DNA of 64,000 bases, taken from positions 1,040 through 65,039 of the forward strand of contig JAJRWA010000024.1 in assembly GCA_024277025.1 (NCBI GenBank), read 5' to 3'. Every line of letters begins with the position of its first letter. Position 1 is the stretch's first letter. Both the position numbers and the translations under genes were made by a program. The stretch comes from Candidatus Krumholzibacteriota bacterium (lineage in GTDB: Bacteria > Krumholzibacteriota > Krumholzibacteriia > LZORAL124-64-63). A model generated the notes under the pieces. The model searched no databases. It was not told the origin of the DNA and saw nothing but the letters and a program-made list of their open reading frames with translations. Positions 8,362 through 21,619 of this stretch are shown here, piece after piece.

Positions 8362-11114
8362 GTGTCCTGGTCGGCAGGCGCCTGTCCGGTGACCTTTTTC
8401 CTGGTGACCTTCTTTGTGCCGGCCTTCTTGCTGGTCGCCTTCTTGCTGGTTGTCTTCTTCTTGGCTGTCCTTTTTTTCGTGGTCTTCTTCTTGGTCGTCT
8501 TCTTTTTGACAGCTTTCTTGCGGGTCGTCTTCTTCTTGGTCCTGGCCCGTTCATTCGCCGTGGCCAGCAGGGCCAGCGCGTCCGCCACCGTGACGTCCTC
8601 CGGGTCCCGGTCCCGGCCAATGGTCGCATTGACCTTGCCATCGGTAACGTAGGGCCCGTAGCGGCCCTTGTAGACCGCCAGCGGCTCCCCGGTTTCCGGA
8701 TGCGTGCCCAGATCCTTCAGCACGGTCTTCTTGTTCTTGTTCCGGATGCGCTCCAGGGCGTCTTCGAGCGTGATCGTGGACAGCGTGTCGACGGTCTGGA
8801 CGCTGGCAAAGACCCGGGCGCGCTCCACGTAGGGACCGAAACGACCGAGACCGGCCCGCACGGGTTTGCCCGTCTCCGGATCGATGCCGATCTCCCGCGG
8901 CAGCGAAAGCAGGCGCAGGGCGTAGTCCATGTCGATCGCGGTCGGGTCGGTCTTCTTGCCCAGGCTGATCCGCTTGGGTTTCTTGTCGCCCTCCTGCTCG
9001 CCGAGCTGCAGGTAGGGTCCGAACGGTCCGGTCAGGGCGTAGATGTTCTGGCCGGTCTCGGGGTGGACGCCGATCGGCTCGCGCGATTTGTCCCGCTGGA
9101 TGATCAACGCCAGCGCCTTTTCCGGCGTCAGCTCGTCGATCAGCAGATCGACCGGCAGGGTGGCCCGGCGATCGTCTTCGCCCTCGACGTGGACCGAGGT
9201 GTAGTTGCGCCCGATGCGCAGCACGATCGGGCGGCCCGTCTCCGGATCGTCCCCCACCTTGATGCGCGGGAACTCGATCTTGTCCAGTTCCTCGGCAATG
9301 ACCTGCTCCAGGCCCGGCTCCTGGCCGTCCCCGCGGTAGAAGCGGTCCAGGAACGAGATCCAGTCCACGTCACCGGCGGCGATCCGGTCGAGGTCCTCTT
9401 CCATGCGCGCCGTGAATTTCAGATCCACGTACTTGTTGAAGTGCTCGCGCAGCAGGTTGGTCACGGCCATGCCGATGTAGGACGGCAGGAGCGCGCCGCC
9501 CTTCTTGACCACGTACTCCCGCGACTGGATCGTGGCGATTACAGCCGCATAGGTCGACGGCCGTCCGATGCCTTCGTCCTCCAGCTTCTTGATCAAGGAC
9601 GCCTCGGTGTACCGGGCCGGCGGCTGCGTTTCGTGCGGGACGGCGGTCACCGCGTCAATGGCCACGTCGGGCGAAGCCGTCCCGGCCGGCGCACCGATCA
9701 GCAGGCCCTCGGTCAGATCCGGCAACAGGGTGTCCTTGCCCTTGTCGCCGTAGACTTTCAGGAAGCCGGGAAAACGGACGATCGAGCCGTTGGCCCGGAA
9801 CGTCAGGACCTGCGCGCCGCTACTGTCCGCAGGCACCTTGGCCGTGATGTCGACCGCCGTCTTGTCCAGCTTGGCGTTGGCCATCTGGCTGGCCACGGCC
9901 CGGTTCCAGATCAGGCGGTACACCGCCAATTCATCACTGTCCAGGCGACCGGCAATGGCGTCGGGCGTGCGGTTGACATCGGTGGGCCGGATCGCTTCGT
10001 GGGCTTCCTGGGCGCCCTTGCTCTTGGTCTTGTAGCGGCGCGGGCCGTCGGTGTACTCGGCGCCGAAGGTGTCCCGGATCATGGCCTCGGTTTCGGCCAG
10101 AGCCTTCTCGCTGAGAGTCAGCGAATCGGTTCTCATGTAGGTGATCAGGCCCTCACGGAAGTTCCCCATGCCTTCGTAGAGCCGCTGCGCGATGCGCATC
10201 ACCCGTTGGGGCGTCATCTTCAGGCGTCCGCTGGCGGCCTGCTGCAGGGTCGACGTGGTGAATGGCGGCGCAGGTCGCTGGGTCGATTCCTTGTGGGTGA
10301 CGGCGGTCACTTGCCAGGGCACATGCCCCCGGGCGGCAGCAGCCAGGTCCGCGGCTCCCGTGTCGGTCAGGTGCACCCGCTTGTCGGCGTTCTTGAGCGA
10401 ACCCGTGTCCGGATCGAAATCCTTGCCGCCGGCCAGCTTCACCCCGTCGATTTCGGTCAGCCGGGCGCCGAATTCCAGCTCATCGCTGGACAGCGCCGCC
10501 TCGATGTCACAGTAGCGGGCGACGTGGAACGCCTGCCTTTCTTCTTCCTTCTCGACCACCAGCCGCACGGCCACACTCTGGACCCGGCCGGCCGAAAGCT
10601 TGGTGCGCACCTTCTTCCACAACACAGGTGACAGGCTGTAGCCATAGAGCCGGTCCAGGATGCGGCGGCCCTCCTGCGCCCGCACCAGTTGCATATCCAC
10701 TTCCCGCGGCGCGTCCAGCGCCGCCTTGATCGCTTCGCTGGTGATTTCATGAAAGCTGATCCGCCGCACCGGCACCTTGGGCTGCAGCACTTCGAGCAGA
10801 TGCCAGCTGATGGCCTCACCCTCGCGGTCCTCGTCCGTCGCGAGCAGGATTTCCTCAGCCGACTTCATCAGCTTCTTCAGCTCCGCAACCTGCTTCTTGC
10901 TGTCGGCGGAGACGACATAGATCGGTGCGTAGCCGTCATCCAGGTTCACGCCGAAGCGGGACCACTTTTCCTTCTTGTACCTGGCGGGAATTTCGCGCGC
11001 TGAGCCGGGCAGGTCCCGGATGTGCCCGTAGCTCGAGGTGACCGTGTAGGTGTCATCCAGGAAGCGCGTGATCGTGCGGGCCTTGGCCGGGGATTCGACG
11101 ATGATCAGTTTCAA
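8358..11114 (-). CDS. topA: type I DNA topoisomerase with C-terminal repeats and Lys-rich tail
   Basis: LIIVESPAK, SSYGHIRDLP, LATDEDREGE, LSAGRVQS, ITYMRTDS, AQEAHEAIRPT, GRFGPY-type C-terminal repeats. TTG start at 11114. Confidence 0.97.
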   Translation of the reverse strand: MKLIIVESPAKARTITRFLDDTYTVTSSYGHIRDLPGSAREIPARYKKEKWSRFGVNLDDGYAPIYVVSADSKKQVAELKKLMKSAEEILLATDEDREGEAISWHLLEVLQPKVPVRRISFHEITSEAIKAALDAPREVDMQLVRAQEGRRILDRLYGYSLSPVLWKKVRTKLSAGRVQSVAVRLVVEKEEERQAFHVARYCDIEAALSSDELEFGARLTEIDGVKLAGGKDFDPDTGSLKNADKRVHLTDTGAADLAAAARGHVPWQVTAVTHKESTQRPAPPFTTSTLQQAASGRLKMTPQRVMRIAQRLYEGMGNFREGLITYMRTDSLTLSEKALAETEAMIRDTFGAEYTDGPRRYKTKSKGAQEAHEAIRPTDVNRTPDAIAGRLDSDELAVYRLIWNRAVASQMANAKLDKTAVDITAKVPADSSGAQVLTFRANGSIVRFPGFLKVYGDKGKDTLLPDLTEGLLIGAPAGTASPDVAIDAVTAVPHETQPPARYTEASLIKKLEDEGIGRPSTYAAVIATIQSREYVVKKGGALLPSYIGMAVTNLLREHFNKYVDLKFTARMEEDLDRIAAGDVDWISFLDRFYRGDGQEPGLEQVIAEELDKIEFPRIKVGDDPETGRPIVLRIGRNYTSVHVEGEDDRRATLPVDLLIDELTPEKALALIIQRDKSREPIGVHPETGQNIYALTGPFGPYLQLGEQEGDKKPKRISLGKKTDPTAIDMDYALRLLSLPREIGIDPETGKPVRAGLGRFGPYVERARVFASVQTVDTLSTITLEDALERIRNKNKKTVLKDLGTHPETGEPLAVYKGRYGPYVTDGKVNATIGRDRDPEDVTVADALALLATANERARTKKKTTRKKAVKKKTTKKKTTKKRTAKKKTTSKKATSKKAGTKKVTRKKVTGQAPADQDT
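8391..8540 (-). repeat. low-complexity Lys-rich pentapeptide repeats in the TopA tail
   Basis: Encodes KKKTTRKKAVKKKTTKKKTTKKRTAKKKTTSKKATSKKAGTKKVTRKKVT; imperfect units of about 15 bp. Confidence 0.85.
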
Positions 11115-11218
11115 GTCCTGTTCCTTCCAAGCAAAAGCCGACTGCCGCAAGTTCGGCGGTCGGAAAAATAACTGTCGGCGAAAGGGCGCCGCCAGGACAG
11201 ACCGGTTCCCAGACCGGC

Positions 11219-11704
11219 TCAATTAACGGATTCGAGACCTTCCGAGGCGCCGCCGGTAATACCCGGCCGACCGGGCACGAACAGCACCTGTTCGATGACG
11301 GGCTCCAGATCATAGATATCCATCGGCCGAAAGGCCACCCGGGATGCATAGGCGAGCAGGGCTTCAAGCTGGACCCGGCTGATCTGCTTGTTGTTGAGCA
11401 AGGCCATCAGGTAGCCCATGCCTTCTGACGTCAGGTACCGGGCGTCGCTCTCGCCAAAAAAACGAAAAGCCTTCTCCGAGGGCGAATCCGGGGCCGGATC
11501 ATGGACCCAACCGGGCTCATCACTGGGCAGCATGTGGTTCTCGATCCATTCGAGCAGCCCATGCACGTCGGTCTCCCCGAGGCCGGCCGCTTCGGCCTTG
11601 TCCTGGATCAGGGCCGCGCGCGAGCGACTCGTTTCCGGATCCAGCGAGAGGACCTCCAGCAGGAGCACCAGCAGGTGTTTCATCTTGTCGCGTGCCTGAT
11701 CCAT
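11219..11704 (-). CDS. DUF494/Smg-like protein
   Basis: AAGLGETDVHGLLEWI...FRFFGESDARYLTSEGMGYLMALL resembles Smg/DUF494. Sits immediately upstream of topA, the usual position. ATG at 11704 with GGGAG. Confidence 0.6.
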   Translation of the reverse strand: MDQARDKMKHLLVLLLEVLSLDPETSRSRAALIQDKAEAAGLGETDVHGLLEWIENHMLPSDEPGWVHDPAPDSPSEKAFRFFGESDARYLTSEGMGYLMALLNNKQISRVQLEALLAYASRVAFRPMDIYDLEPVIEQVLFVPGRPGITGGASEGLESVN

Positions 11705-11787
11705 CTTGCTCCCAACCTTGATCGTCCCCACCGCGCCTTCGCCGCCAGAGCGCGCCAAAGCTAGCATGGGTCCCGTCATCCGGCAAG

Positions 11788-14799
<3,012 letters not shown>

Positions 14800-14809
14800 G
14801 GGCGCACTC

Positions 14810-17122
14810 CTATTCGTTGTTGCGGCCGGCGGTCGGGCCGGACGGGGACGCCGCAAATCCGGCGTCGATGATTCCATTATAAATGTCGCGGTCGATCAAG
14901 ACCTTTTCCACGTAGGCGCGTGTCTCCGGGTAGCCGATCCAGGCGAGGTAGATATCCCGGGGGGCCTCGCCGCCCAGTTGCCGGTCCCAGCGACCGGCTG
15001 CCCCGGGCCCCGCGTTGTAGGCCGCCACCGTCCGGTACGGGTCGCCACCGTACCGCCGCCGGTTTTCGGTCAAAAGCCCGTCCCCGCGCTGGACACTGAC
15101 CGCCGGTACCCGCCAGTTGCCGGCACCGAAGACGGCCCCATTCTGCGGGTAGTGAAAGGGCATGATCTGCATCCAGCCCAGGGCTCCGGCCCGCGACCGA
15201 ACGGCGGGTTCAAACAGTGATTCGTTGCGAGCCACCGCCAAAAGCAGGGCCGGCTCATTGTCAGCTGCGGCAATAGCCTCCCGGATGGCCCCGGCCGCCG
15301 GCAAAGGGTAAAGAAATAGCCTTTTTTCGGCCCGCGTCAAACCGCGCCCCGGCAATTCGAAGGCCAGGCCCAGAATGCCGCGCATGTCACCGGCCGCCAG
15401 GCAGAAGCCCAGGAGCGCGTGACGGTCCAGTTCGCTCCCCCTCACTTCCGGCAGCAGCGCCGGCACCGGTGACGGCCGTGGTGCCGTGCGCCAGCCGCTG
15501 ACCCGACGCACATCCCGAGCGAAAGCGCCGCGAAGCAAATCCCCGGCCCACGGCCGTCCCCGAAAGCGACGACCGACCAAGGCCAGGGCCGAATCAACGG
15601 CCGCCGGGGATCCTGTGTTCGCCAGCAGCGAGTTCTGGTAGGCAATGGCCCGCCGGCGCCGGTCCTCGTTGACGCGCGACGGATTGGCCAGCGTGACTCC
15701 CCAGCGGTACCACAGCGGCCACAGTTGCTGGTCCGCCGCGGCCACGAAGGACTGCCGCCCGGCCGGCGTGGCCGGTGCCAGATCCGGCGCCAGCCCCCGT
15801 TGAATCCGAAACCGGGCCACGTCCACCGCATCGTCGCTACTGGGCACTGCGTCGGTCCCGCTGGTACTGAGCACCGGCTGCCACTGCTGGATCTCGTCGG
15901 CAAAAGCCACCCGCTCCGGCCCGACGAAACGGGCCAGGCCGAGGTCCCGCAGTTCCCGGGCCGTGCGCAGATCATTCTGAGCCAGGGCCAGCACCAGGGC
16001 CTGCTCGGTCCACTGCCGCAAACGCCGGCGCAGGGCCTTGGTGCCGTGCCCCTGTTCCGCCAGGCGCAGGGCCTGCCGCAAGTCCGCCAGGCCCTCCACC
16101 CAGGCCCCCTTGAGAATTCTGATTTCCGAGGCCCGTCGCCAGACATCCAACTGCCAGCCGGGTTTCAGGCCGGGTCGAGCCGCCAGTTGCTCGTAGGAGC
16201 CGGCGAGCCCCCGCCGCAGACGCCGCTGTCCACGGACCCACATCCCCTGTTGCGCGAAGCGATCCGGCGGATGAGGGAATTTCTTAAAGTGGGCCGGCAA
16301 GTCCTTGCTGTCCAGAAGGATTGCACCCAGCGCGGATTGCCAGTACCCCGCAAGGGTCGAGCCATAGAGCTCGGCCGCGGTCACCGAGCCGGTCGGCAAG
16401 CGCCCCAGAAGGCGTACCAGGTCCTTTGGATCCGCTGCCGGGGGCAACACCGGCCGGCTGGCCTCCCGCCGGCAAACCACCCACAGCTGCCAGGCGTTCA
16501 CAGCATCAAACGGGCCCAGTTCCACCATGGCAGGCCAGAGTTCTTCCTCGCCCGCCGTTCCGGTTTGGTTGAGCCTTTGCAGCAACCGGCGCCGCAGGTC
16601 CCAGATCAACTCTTCACGGGCCGGCAGGCGGTGCACGGCGGCCGCGGCCAGCACTTCGCCCGCCAAGCGGCTGGCCTCGACCAGGTCACCGGCAGCCACA
16701 ACCCGCCCGAACGCAGCAGCCAGGCGCTCATTCCGGAGAAACGGCACCGCCGGATTGCCCTCGCGGCCGGCGACCAGGTCGCGCAATGCCCAGTTGGCCT
16801 GTCGCAGCCAGACCGTATCCCGGCCGGCCGGAAACAGGGGGCCCAGCAGGCGGGCCGTCAGCCCCCCGGCAGGGCCGGTCGCGGCAGCGTCGAGCACCTT
16901 CGCGGCGGCGTTGGTCCAAACCGTGTCCAGCTTTACCGGCTCCAGAAGTCCGGCGGGATAGCCGTTCGCCAACTCGATCGCGGCCGGGTTGGACCACGTG
17001 CCGACCTGGAACTTCTCAAGAAACGGATCATGGAGCGGTGCGGCCGCCACCCTGGCTGCGGTCACGACCGCTGCACAGGCCACCAAGACCAGGACGGGCA
17101 ACCGCCAACGGAAATTCTTCAA
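14810..17122 (-). CDS. secreted SLT-domain lytic transglycosylase with long helical N-terminus
   Basis: Signal peptide. C-terminal ARNESLFEP, GALGWMQIMP, AAYNAGPG, YPETRAYVEKV. Confidence 0.85.
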   Translation of the reverse strand: MKNFRWRLPVLVLVACAAVVTAARVAAAPLHDPFLEKFQVGTWSNPAAIELANGYPAGLLEPVKLDTVWTNAAAKVLDAAATGPAGGLTARLLGPLFPAGRDTVWLRQANWALRDLVAGREGNPAVPFLRNERLAAAFGRVVAAGDLVEASRLAGEVLAAAAVHRLPAREELIWDLRRRLLQRLNQTGTAGEEELWPAMVELGPFDAVNAWQLWVVCRREASRPVLPPAADPKDLVRLLGRLPTGSVTAAELYGSTLAGYWQSALGAILLDSKDLPAHFKKFPHPPDRFAQQGMWVRGQRRLRRGLAGSYEQLAARPGLKPGWQLDVWRRASEIRILKGAWVEGLADLRQALRLAEQGHGTKALRRRLRQWTEQALVLALAQNDLRTARELRDLGLARFVGPERVAFADEIQQWQPVLSTSGTDAVPSSDDAVDVARFRIQRGLAPDLAPATPAGRQSFVAAADQQLWPLWYRWGVTLANPSRVNEDRRRRAIAYQNSLLANTGSPAAVDSALALVGRRFRGRPWAGDLLRGAFARDVRRVSGWRTAPRPSPVPALLPEVRGSELDRHALLGFCLAAGDMRGILGLAFELPGRGLTRAEKRLFLYPLPAAGAIREAIAAADNEPALLLAVARNESLFEPAVRSRAGALGWMQIMPFHYPQNGAVFGAGNWRVPAVSVQRGDGLLTENRRRYGGDPYRTVAAYNAGPGAAGRWDRQLGGEAPRDIYLAWIGYPETRAYVEKVLIDRDIYNGIIDAGFAASPSGPTAGRNNE

Positions 17123-19971
17123 TGGAGGAGCACCACCTTGCGCGTCAAGACCTGACCGGTTCCTTCCAGTCGCAGAAAATACGGACCGGCCGGGGCGCGG
17201 GCCCCCGTCGTCGTCTGGCCATCCCAGACCACCAATTGTCCGCCGGCAGCGAAGCGCCGCGTGCTGACCAGCTGTCCGCGCACGTTGTACACGCGCAGCG
17301 TCGCCGACCGGTCAAGCGGAATATCGAGCATCAGCCGGACTTCACCCCGGGCCGGGTTGGGCCACGGCGTGCCCATCACCGCTGTCCGGCCGTCACCACC
17401 GTCAGGATAGAGCACGACCGGTCTACTGGCCACTTCTCCCGGCGGACGCTTGCCCACGATCCGGATCTGGTGGCGATGACGCGGGCCGAGATCGGCAATC
17501 CCTGACAGCTGCGAGCCGGGAATGCGGTACAATCCGGCCGCGTCCGGCGCGACGTCCTGGGTCAGGATCTGCTGCCAGTCGGTTTCAGCATCGGGCCGGG
17601 TCTCCACCTGGAAAAGCAGGGTCTGCCGGGTATCCCACGGCCAAGGCCAAACCAGATCCCCGGTCCAGCGGGGGACAAACTCGACCACCCCGCTCTCGGA
17701 CCTGATGACTTCCAGATCGGCCACGAACCAACCGCGGGCGCGCCAAAGCCGGTTGGCGCCGAAGACCAGTCGCAGCCGCCAGGGGCCGGGTTCCGGCGGC
17801 AAGGGAAAAGTATCGACCCGCCAGCGGACCACATCGCCGTCCAGCGCCAGCTCCGGCGCCACAAAGGCGGCTTGCCCGTGCAGAGGATTGCTGGACCGGC
17901 TGGCGATGCTCCCGGAGTACCCGGCCAGGGAAACCGCATGCTGTTCCTGTCCGTCGGGGCCGACCCAGCGAACCACACCGCCATCCATGCCGGTCAAGCC
18001 GGTCAACATTTCCACTTCGATCGCATGAACCATGCGGACCGCAGCCGCTTCGCTGTCGAGGGGGCCACTGGTCAAAGTTGTGTGGGCCCCGTTGCCGTAG
18101 GTGACGGCGGGCCAACTGCCAGGATCCGTGAAGCCCGCCCCGGTGCAGGCCAGCACCGGGCTCTGGTCACTTGTCAGCCAGGGCGCACCCTCCCAGCGGT
18201 GCCAGGTCGTGTCGAGGTTCTCATCCGGATGATCGATCCGCCACTGTCCGGGCCAGTTCTCGCGAAAATCAAGGATATCAGCCGGCGTGCGCCAGGCCCA
18301 CTCCCGGTTCTCCAGGGCGTAGACCTGACCGCCCTCGGCAATCCGGATCTCAAACAGCGTGCTGGCTCCGGCGTCCGGCGCGGGGTCGGTTTGCCAGGCT
18401 ATGCCGCGATCGGGTACCCATACGCCGGGGCTGTTCTCCACCAGATTGAAAGTGACCGCGCGCAGCCCGTTGGCGACGAAGGCGCCGTTCTCGGCGTTGG
18501 ACAGCGCCCTGAGCTGGCCACGCAGCGACGCGATCGCCGCACCGGTCTCCGTCACCGTCAATTGCAGCGGCCGCACGGCTTCCTCGCCGACAAAGGAGCA
18601 ATCGAATGCCACGGCCGGGCCGGTGTCCAGGGCGACGCGGAAGACCATGCCGCCGGCGCCAACCGCAATGCCGTTCAGGGCAATCAGGCTCGGACCGCTG
18701 TAATAGCCGTCACTGGCCGGCAGCGTGAACGGCCCAAACCCGGTGACACCCAGGGAGCCGGGAAAAAGATCATCCGGCCCGCCGTCGTCCTCGCCAGTGG
18801 CCAGACCGCGGTCGCCGTCCGCCTCGACCAAACGGGCCCGCAGGTGCCACTGGTAGGGCCCGTCCTCGTGCCAGGCGCCCTCGGGCAGATTTTCATCGAC
18901 GTGGTAGATCAGCAGGCCACCGCCGGGAACCGCCGCGTCGAAGGGTGCGCTGGCCGCCGGGTCGCGTGTCTCCAGCAGGAAGAACTCCGGACCGACCGCG
19001 CCGTTGGTCCAGACCCGTGCGGCCTCCCCCGCACTCAGCGCATAGGCACTGGTGCCCGTGCCGGCGAGGTTGTGGGCGGTGCGCCACCCCATCTGGACGG
19101 CACTGTAGGCATCCGGCAGGGCGGCACCCCAGCCGCCGCCGGTGCCCCAGGCGCCAGAGCTCATCAGACTGAACCGACCAAGGCCACCGACGGACTGCAC
19201 TTCACTGCCGCCGCTGGGGTGCAGAATGGGATCGTAGCGGTCCTCGAGCCCGAGCAGGTGGGCGGTCTCGTGGGCCCAGATGCCGGGGCCGCTCTGCAGG
19301 CTGGCGACCGCGTAGAACGAAGCGGTGACGCCGCGCGACTCAACCGGTTCAGCAAGGAAGAACTGCAGCGCCTGAATCAGTCCCTCGCCCGGATCATTCT
19401 CGTTGCCGATGCCCGCGTGCAGGATCAGCACGCCGTCGACCTGTCCGTCGTCATCGTCGGTGCCGGCGATACCGTCGGGCCCGTCCAGGTCCAGGCGCCT
19501 GAACTCCAGGCCCAGATCCCGCACCGCGGTGATGGACTCGGTGGCCAGCTTGCGGGTCCGCGTGAAGCCGTTGAGATCCCGGTCACTGTATTGCCGCCGC
19601 GGCTCGGGCAGGTGAACGACCGGTGCCACGATGATGCTCAGATCCAGGCGCCCACCGGACGCCACCCGGAAGTAGTTGTGCAGGGATTCGCCACGGTCGG
19701 GCACCAGCCGTGGCGACAGGGTGCCCGGCTCCCAGCCCGCCGGCAACCGCGCGTCGGCAAAATCGACCGGAATCACCAGCAGACCGAAGCGGGCCGGCTC
19801 GCCACTCTTTTCCGCACTCAGACTGCGGGCGCGCATGGCTTCCCGCCGCAACGAGCGCAGGCGTTGCAGCTCGGTTGTGCCTGTGGCGCCGAGCGCCGTG
19901 CCCGCAGTCAGCAGCAGCGCGGCCAGCAGCCAACAGCGAGTCAACAGTCGGGCCCGGCAGCGGGATTGCAT
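17119..19971 (-). CDS. M6-family (immune inhibitor A-like) metalloprotease with C-terminal FlgD-Ig / T9SS type A-like sorting domain
   Basis: Signal peptide; LVIPVDFAD, DGQVDGVLILHAG, HETAHLLGL zinc motif. C-terminus WPNPARG...LRVYNVRGQLV...WDGQ...GPYFLRL...RKVVLLH. Confidence 0.85.
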   Translation of the reverse strand: MQSRCRARLLTRCWLLAALLLTAGTALGATGTTELQRLRSLRREAMRARSLSAEKSGEPARFGLLVIPVDFADARLPAGWEPGTLSPRLVPDRGESLHNYFRVASGGRLDLSIIVAPVVHLPEPRRQYSDRDLNGFTRTRKLATESITAVRDLGLEFRRLDLDGPDGIAGTDDDDGQVDGVLILHAGIGNENDPGEGLIQALQFFLAEPVESRGVTASFYAVASLQSGPGIWAHETAHLLGLEDRYDPILHPSGGSEVQSVGGLGRFSLMSSGAWGTGGGWGAALPDAYSAVQMGWRTAHNLAGTGTSAYALSAGEAARVWTNGAVGPEFFLLETRDPAASAPFDAAVPGGGLLIYHVDENLPEGAWHEDGPYQWHLRARLVEADGDRGLATGEDDGGPDDLFPGSLGVTGFGPFTLPASDGYYSGPSLIALNGIAVGAGGMVFRVALDTGPAVAFDCSFVGEEAVRPLQLTVTETGAAIASLRGQLRALSNAENGAFVANGLRAVTFNLVENSPGVWVPDRGIAWQTDPAPDAGASTLFEIRIAEGGQVYALENREWAWRTPADILDFRENWPGQWRIDHPDENLDTTWHRWEGAPWLTSDQSPVLACTGAGFTDPGSWPAVTYGNGAHTTLTSGPLDSEAAAVRMVHAIEVEMLTGLTGMDGGVVRWVGPDGQEQHAVSLAGYSGSIASRSSNPLHGQAAFVAPELALDGDVVRWRVDTFPLPPEPGPWRLRLVFGANRLWRARGWFVADLEVIRSESGVVEFVPRWTGDLVWPWPWDTRQTLLFQVETRPDAETDWQQILTQDVAPDAAGLYRIPGSQLSGIADLGPRHRHQIRIVGKRPPGEVASRPVVLYPDGGDGRTAVMGTPWPNPARGEVRLMLDIPLDRSATLRVYNVRGQLVSTRRFAAGGQLVVWDGQTTTGARAPAGPYFLRLEGTGQVLTRKVVLLH

Positions 19972-20022
19972 CTTCGATTCGCCTCGGTTCAAAGTCTGCG
20001 GAACAAACGGATCAATACGCAA

Positions 20023-20057
20023 CCGGCCCGCGCGCGGGGAGTTCCCTGCCGGGCCGG
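20023..20057 (-). terminator. GC-rich hairpin just downstream of purH
   Basis: CCGGCCCG...CGGGCCGG inverted repeat followed on the minus strand by TTGCGTATT; the U-tract is weak. Confidence 0.4.
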
Positions 20058-20083
20058 CCACTGTCTCAATATAAGGCCTGCGC

Positions 20084-21619
20084 TCAGTGATTGAAATGGC
20101 GTCGCCCCGTCAGAATCAGGGTGACACCCAATTCCGCCGCTCTGGCGGCGACCTCGTCGTCCCGGATGGAGCCGCCCGGAGCGATGATGGCCCTGGCACC
20201 GGCGGCCGCCAGCTTCTCCATACCATCCGGGAAGGGGAAGAAGCCGTCCGAGGCCGCCACACAGCCCGTCAGATCCAGATCCTGATTGGCGGCCTTGAGT
20301 ACGGCCAGCTCCGTCGAATCAACCCGGCTCATCTGGCCGAACCCCATGCCGAGAGTGGCCGTCAGGTCGCCCAGGACGATGCCGTTGCTCTTGCCGTGCT
20401 TGCACACCTTCCAGACCATCGCCAGGGCGGTGCGCGTGGCGGCGTCGGGCTCGGATCCCGCCGCCACTTTCCACTCCGCAAGCTCCGGGAAACCGGCGTC
20501 CTCGTCCTGCCGCAGTTGCAGTTGCCCCCAGGCGCGCACCCGGCCCCGGGTACGGGACAGGAATTCTGCCAGGTCGACCGTCAGCACCCGCACGTTCTTC
20601 TTGCGGGTCAGGCGGGCCAGCGCGTCGGCGGCAAAAGCCGGGGCCACGATGATCTCCAGAAAGCGCTTGGCCAGGATCTCGGCGGTGGCCGCATCCACTT
20701 CGCGGTTGAAGACGAACACGCCGCCGAAAGCAGATACCGGATCGCACTTCAGCGCCCGCTCCAGGGCGGTCACTCCCTGCCCAAGGCCAAAGCCACACGG
20801 ATTGGTGTGCTTCAGCACCGCGCAGCAGGGTTCGTCGAAATCCCCCACCAGCTTCAAGCCGGCGATCAGGTCGACAATGTTGTTGTAGCTCAGCTCCTTG
20901 CCGCCCTGCTGCGTCAGCCCGATGGCCGAGAGGGCCGGTTCACCGGCGGACGCCGGGGGCAGGACTAGCGAAGCACCCTGATGAGGGTTCTCGCCGTAGC
21001 GCAGCGGCTGTCCAGGTCGCGTCTCGGTGACCTGCTCCAGCCAATCGGCGATGCCTTCGTTGTACCGCTCGGCCAGGCGGAAGGTCGCCGCCGCGGTCCG
21101 GCGCCTGAAGGCCAGGCTCGTCTCGCCCCCGCCGCTCTCGAGTTCCTGGAGCAGTTCGTCATACCAGGCGGGATCCGGCACTACCGTTACCCGTTGGTAG
21201 TTCTTCGCCGCCGACCGCAGCAGGGTCGGCCCACCGATGTCGATCTTCTCCACCGTCGCCGCCTCATCGGCCCCGGCTGCCACCGCAGCGGCGAACTGAT
21301 ACAGGTTGACGACGACCAGATCGATCGGTCCTATGCCCAGCTCCAGTGTCTCCTGAAAGGCCTCGCGGCTGGGCCCGAGAATGCCGCCGTGGATGATCGG
21401 GTGCAGCGTCTTGACCCGGCCCCCGAAAATTTCCGGGTAGCCCGTCAGTTCGCTGACCTCGCTGACCGGGATGTCGTTCTCCCTGAGCCGGGCCGCCGTG
21501 CCCCCGGAGGCGATCAGTTCGTAGCCGTGTCCGACCAGCGCCCGACCAAGCTCCGGCAAACGCGTCTTGTCCGTCACGCTCAGCAGGGCCCGCTTCCGGT
21601 CTAGAGATACTGCTGCCAT
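20084..21619 (-). CDS. purH: bifunctional AICAR formyltransferase / IMP cyclohydrolase
   Basis: [55 protein letters not shown]. Confidence 0.97.
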   Translation of the reverse strand: MAAVSLDRKRALLSVTDKTRLPELGRALVGHGYELIASGGTAARLRENDIPVSEVSELTGYPEIFGGRVKTLHPIIHGGILGPSREAFQETLELGIGPIDLVVVNLYQFAAAVAAGADEAATVEKIDIGGPTLLRSAAKNYQRVTVVPDPAWYDELLQELESGGGETSLAFRRRTAAATFRLAERYNEGIADWLEQVTETRPGQPLRYGENPHQGASLVLPPASAGEPALSAIGLTQQGGKELSYNNIVDLIAGLKLVGDFDEPCCAVLKHTNPCGFGLGQGVTALERALKCDPVSAFGGVFVFNREVDAATAEILAKRFLEIIVAPAFAADALARLTRKKNVRVLTVDLAEFLSRTRGRVRAWGQLQLRQDEDAGFPELAEWKVAAGSEPDAATRTALAMVWKVCKHGKSNGIVLGDLTATLGMGFGQMSRVDSTELAVLKAANQDLDLTGCVAASDGFFPFPDGMEKLAAAGARAIIAPGGSIRDDEVAARAAELGVTLILTGRRHFNH

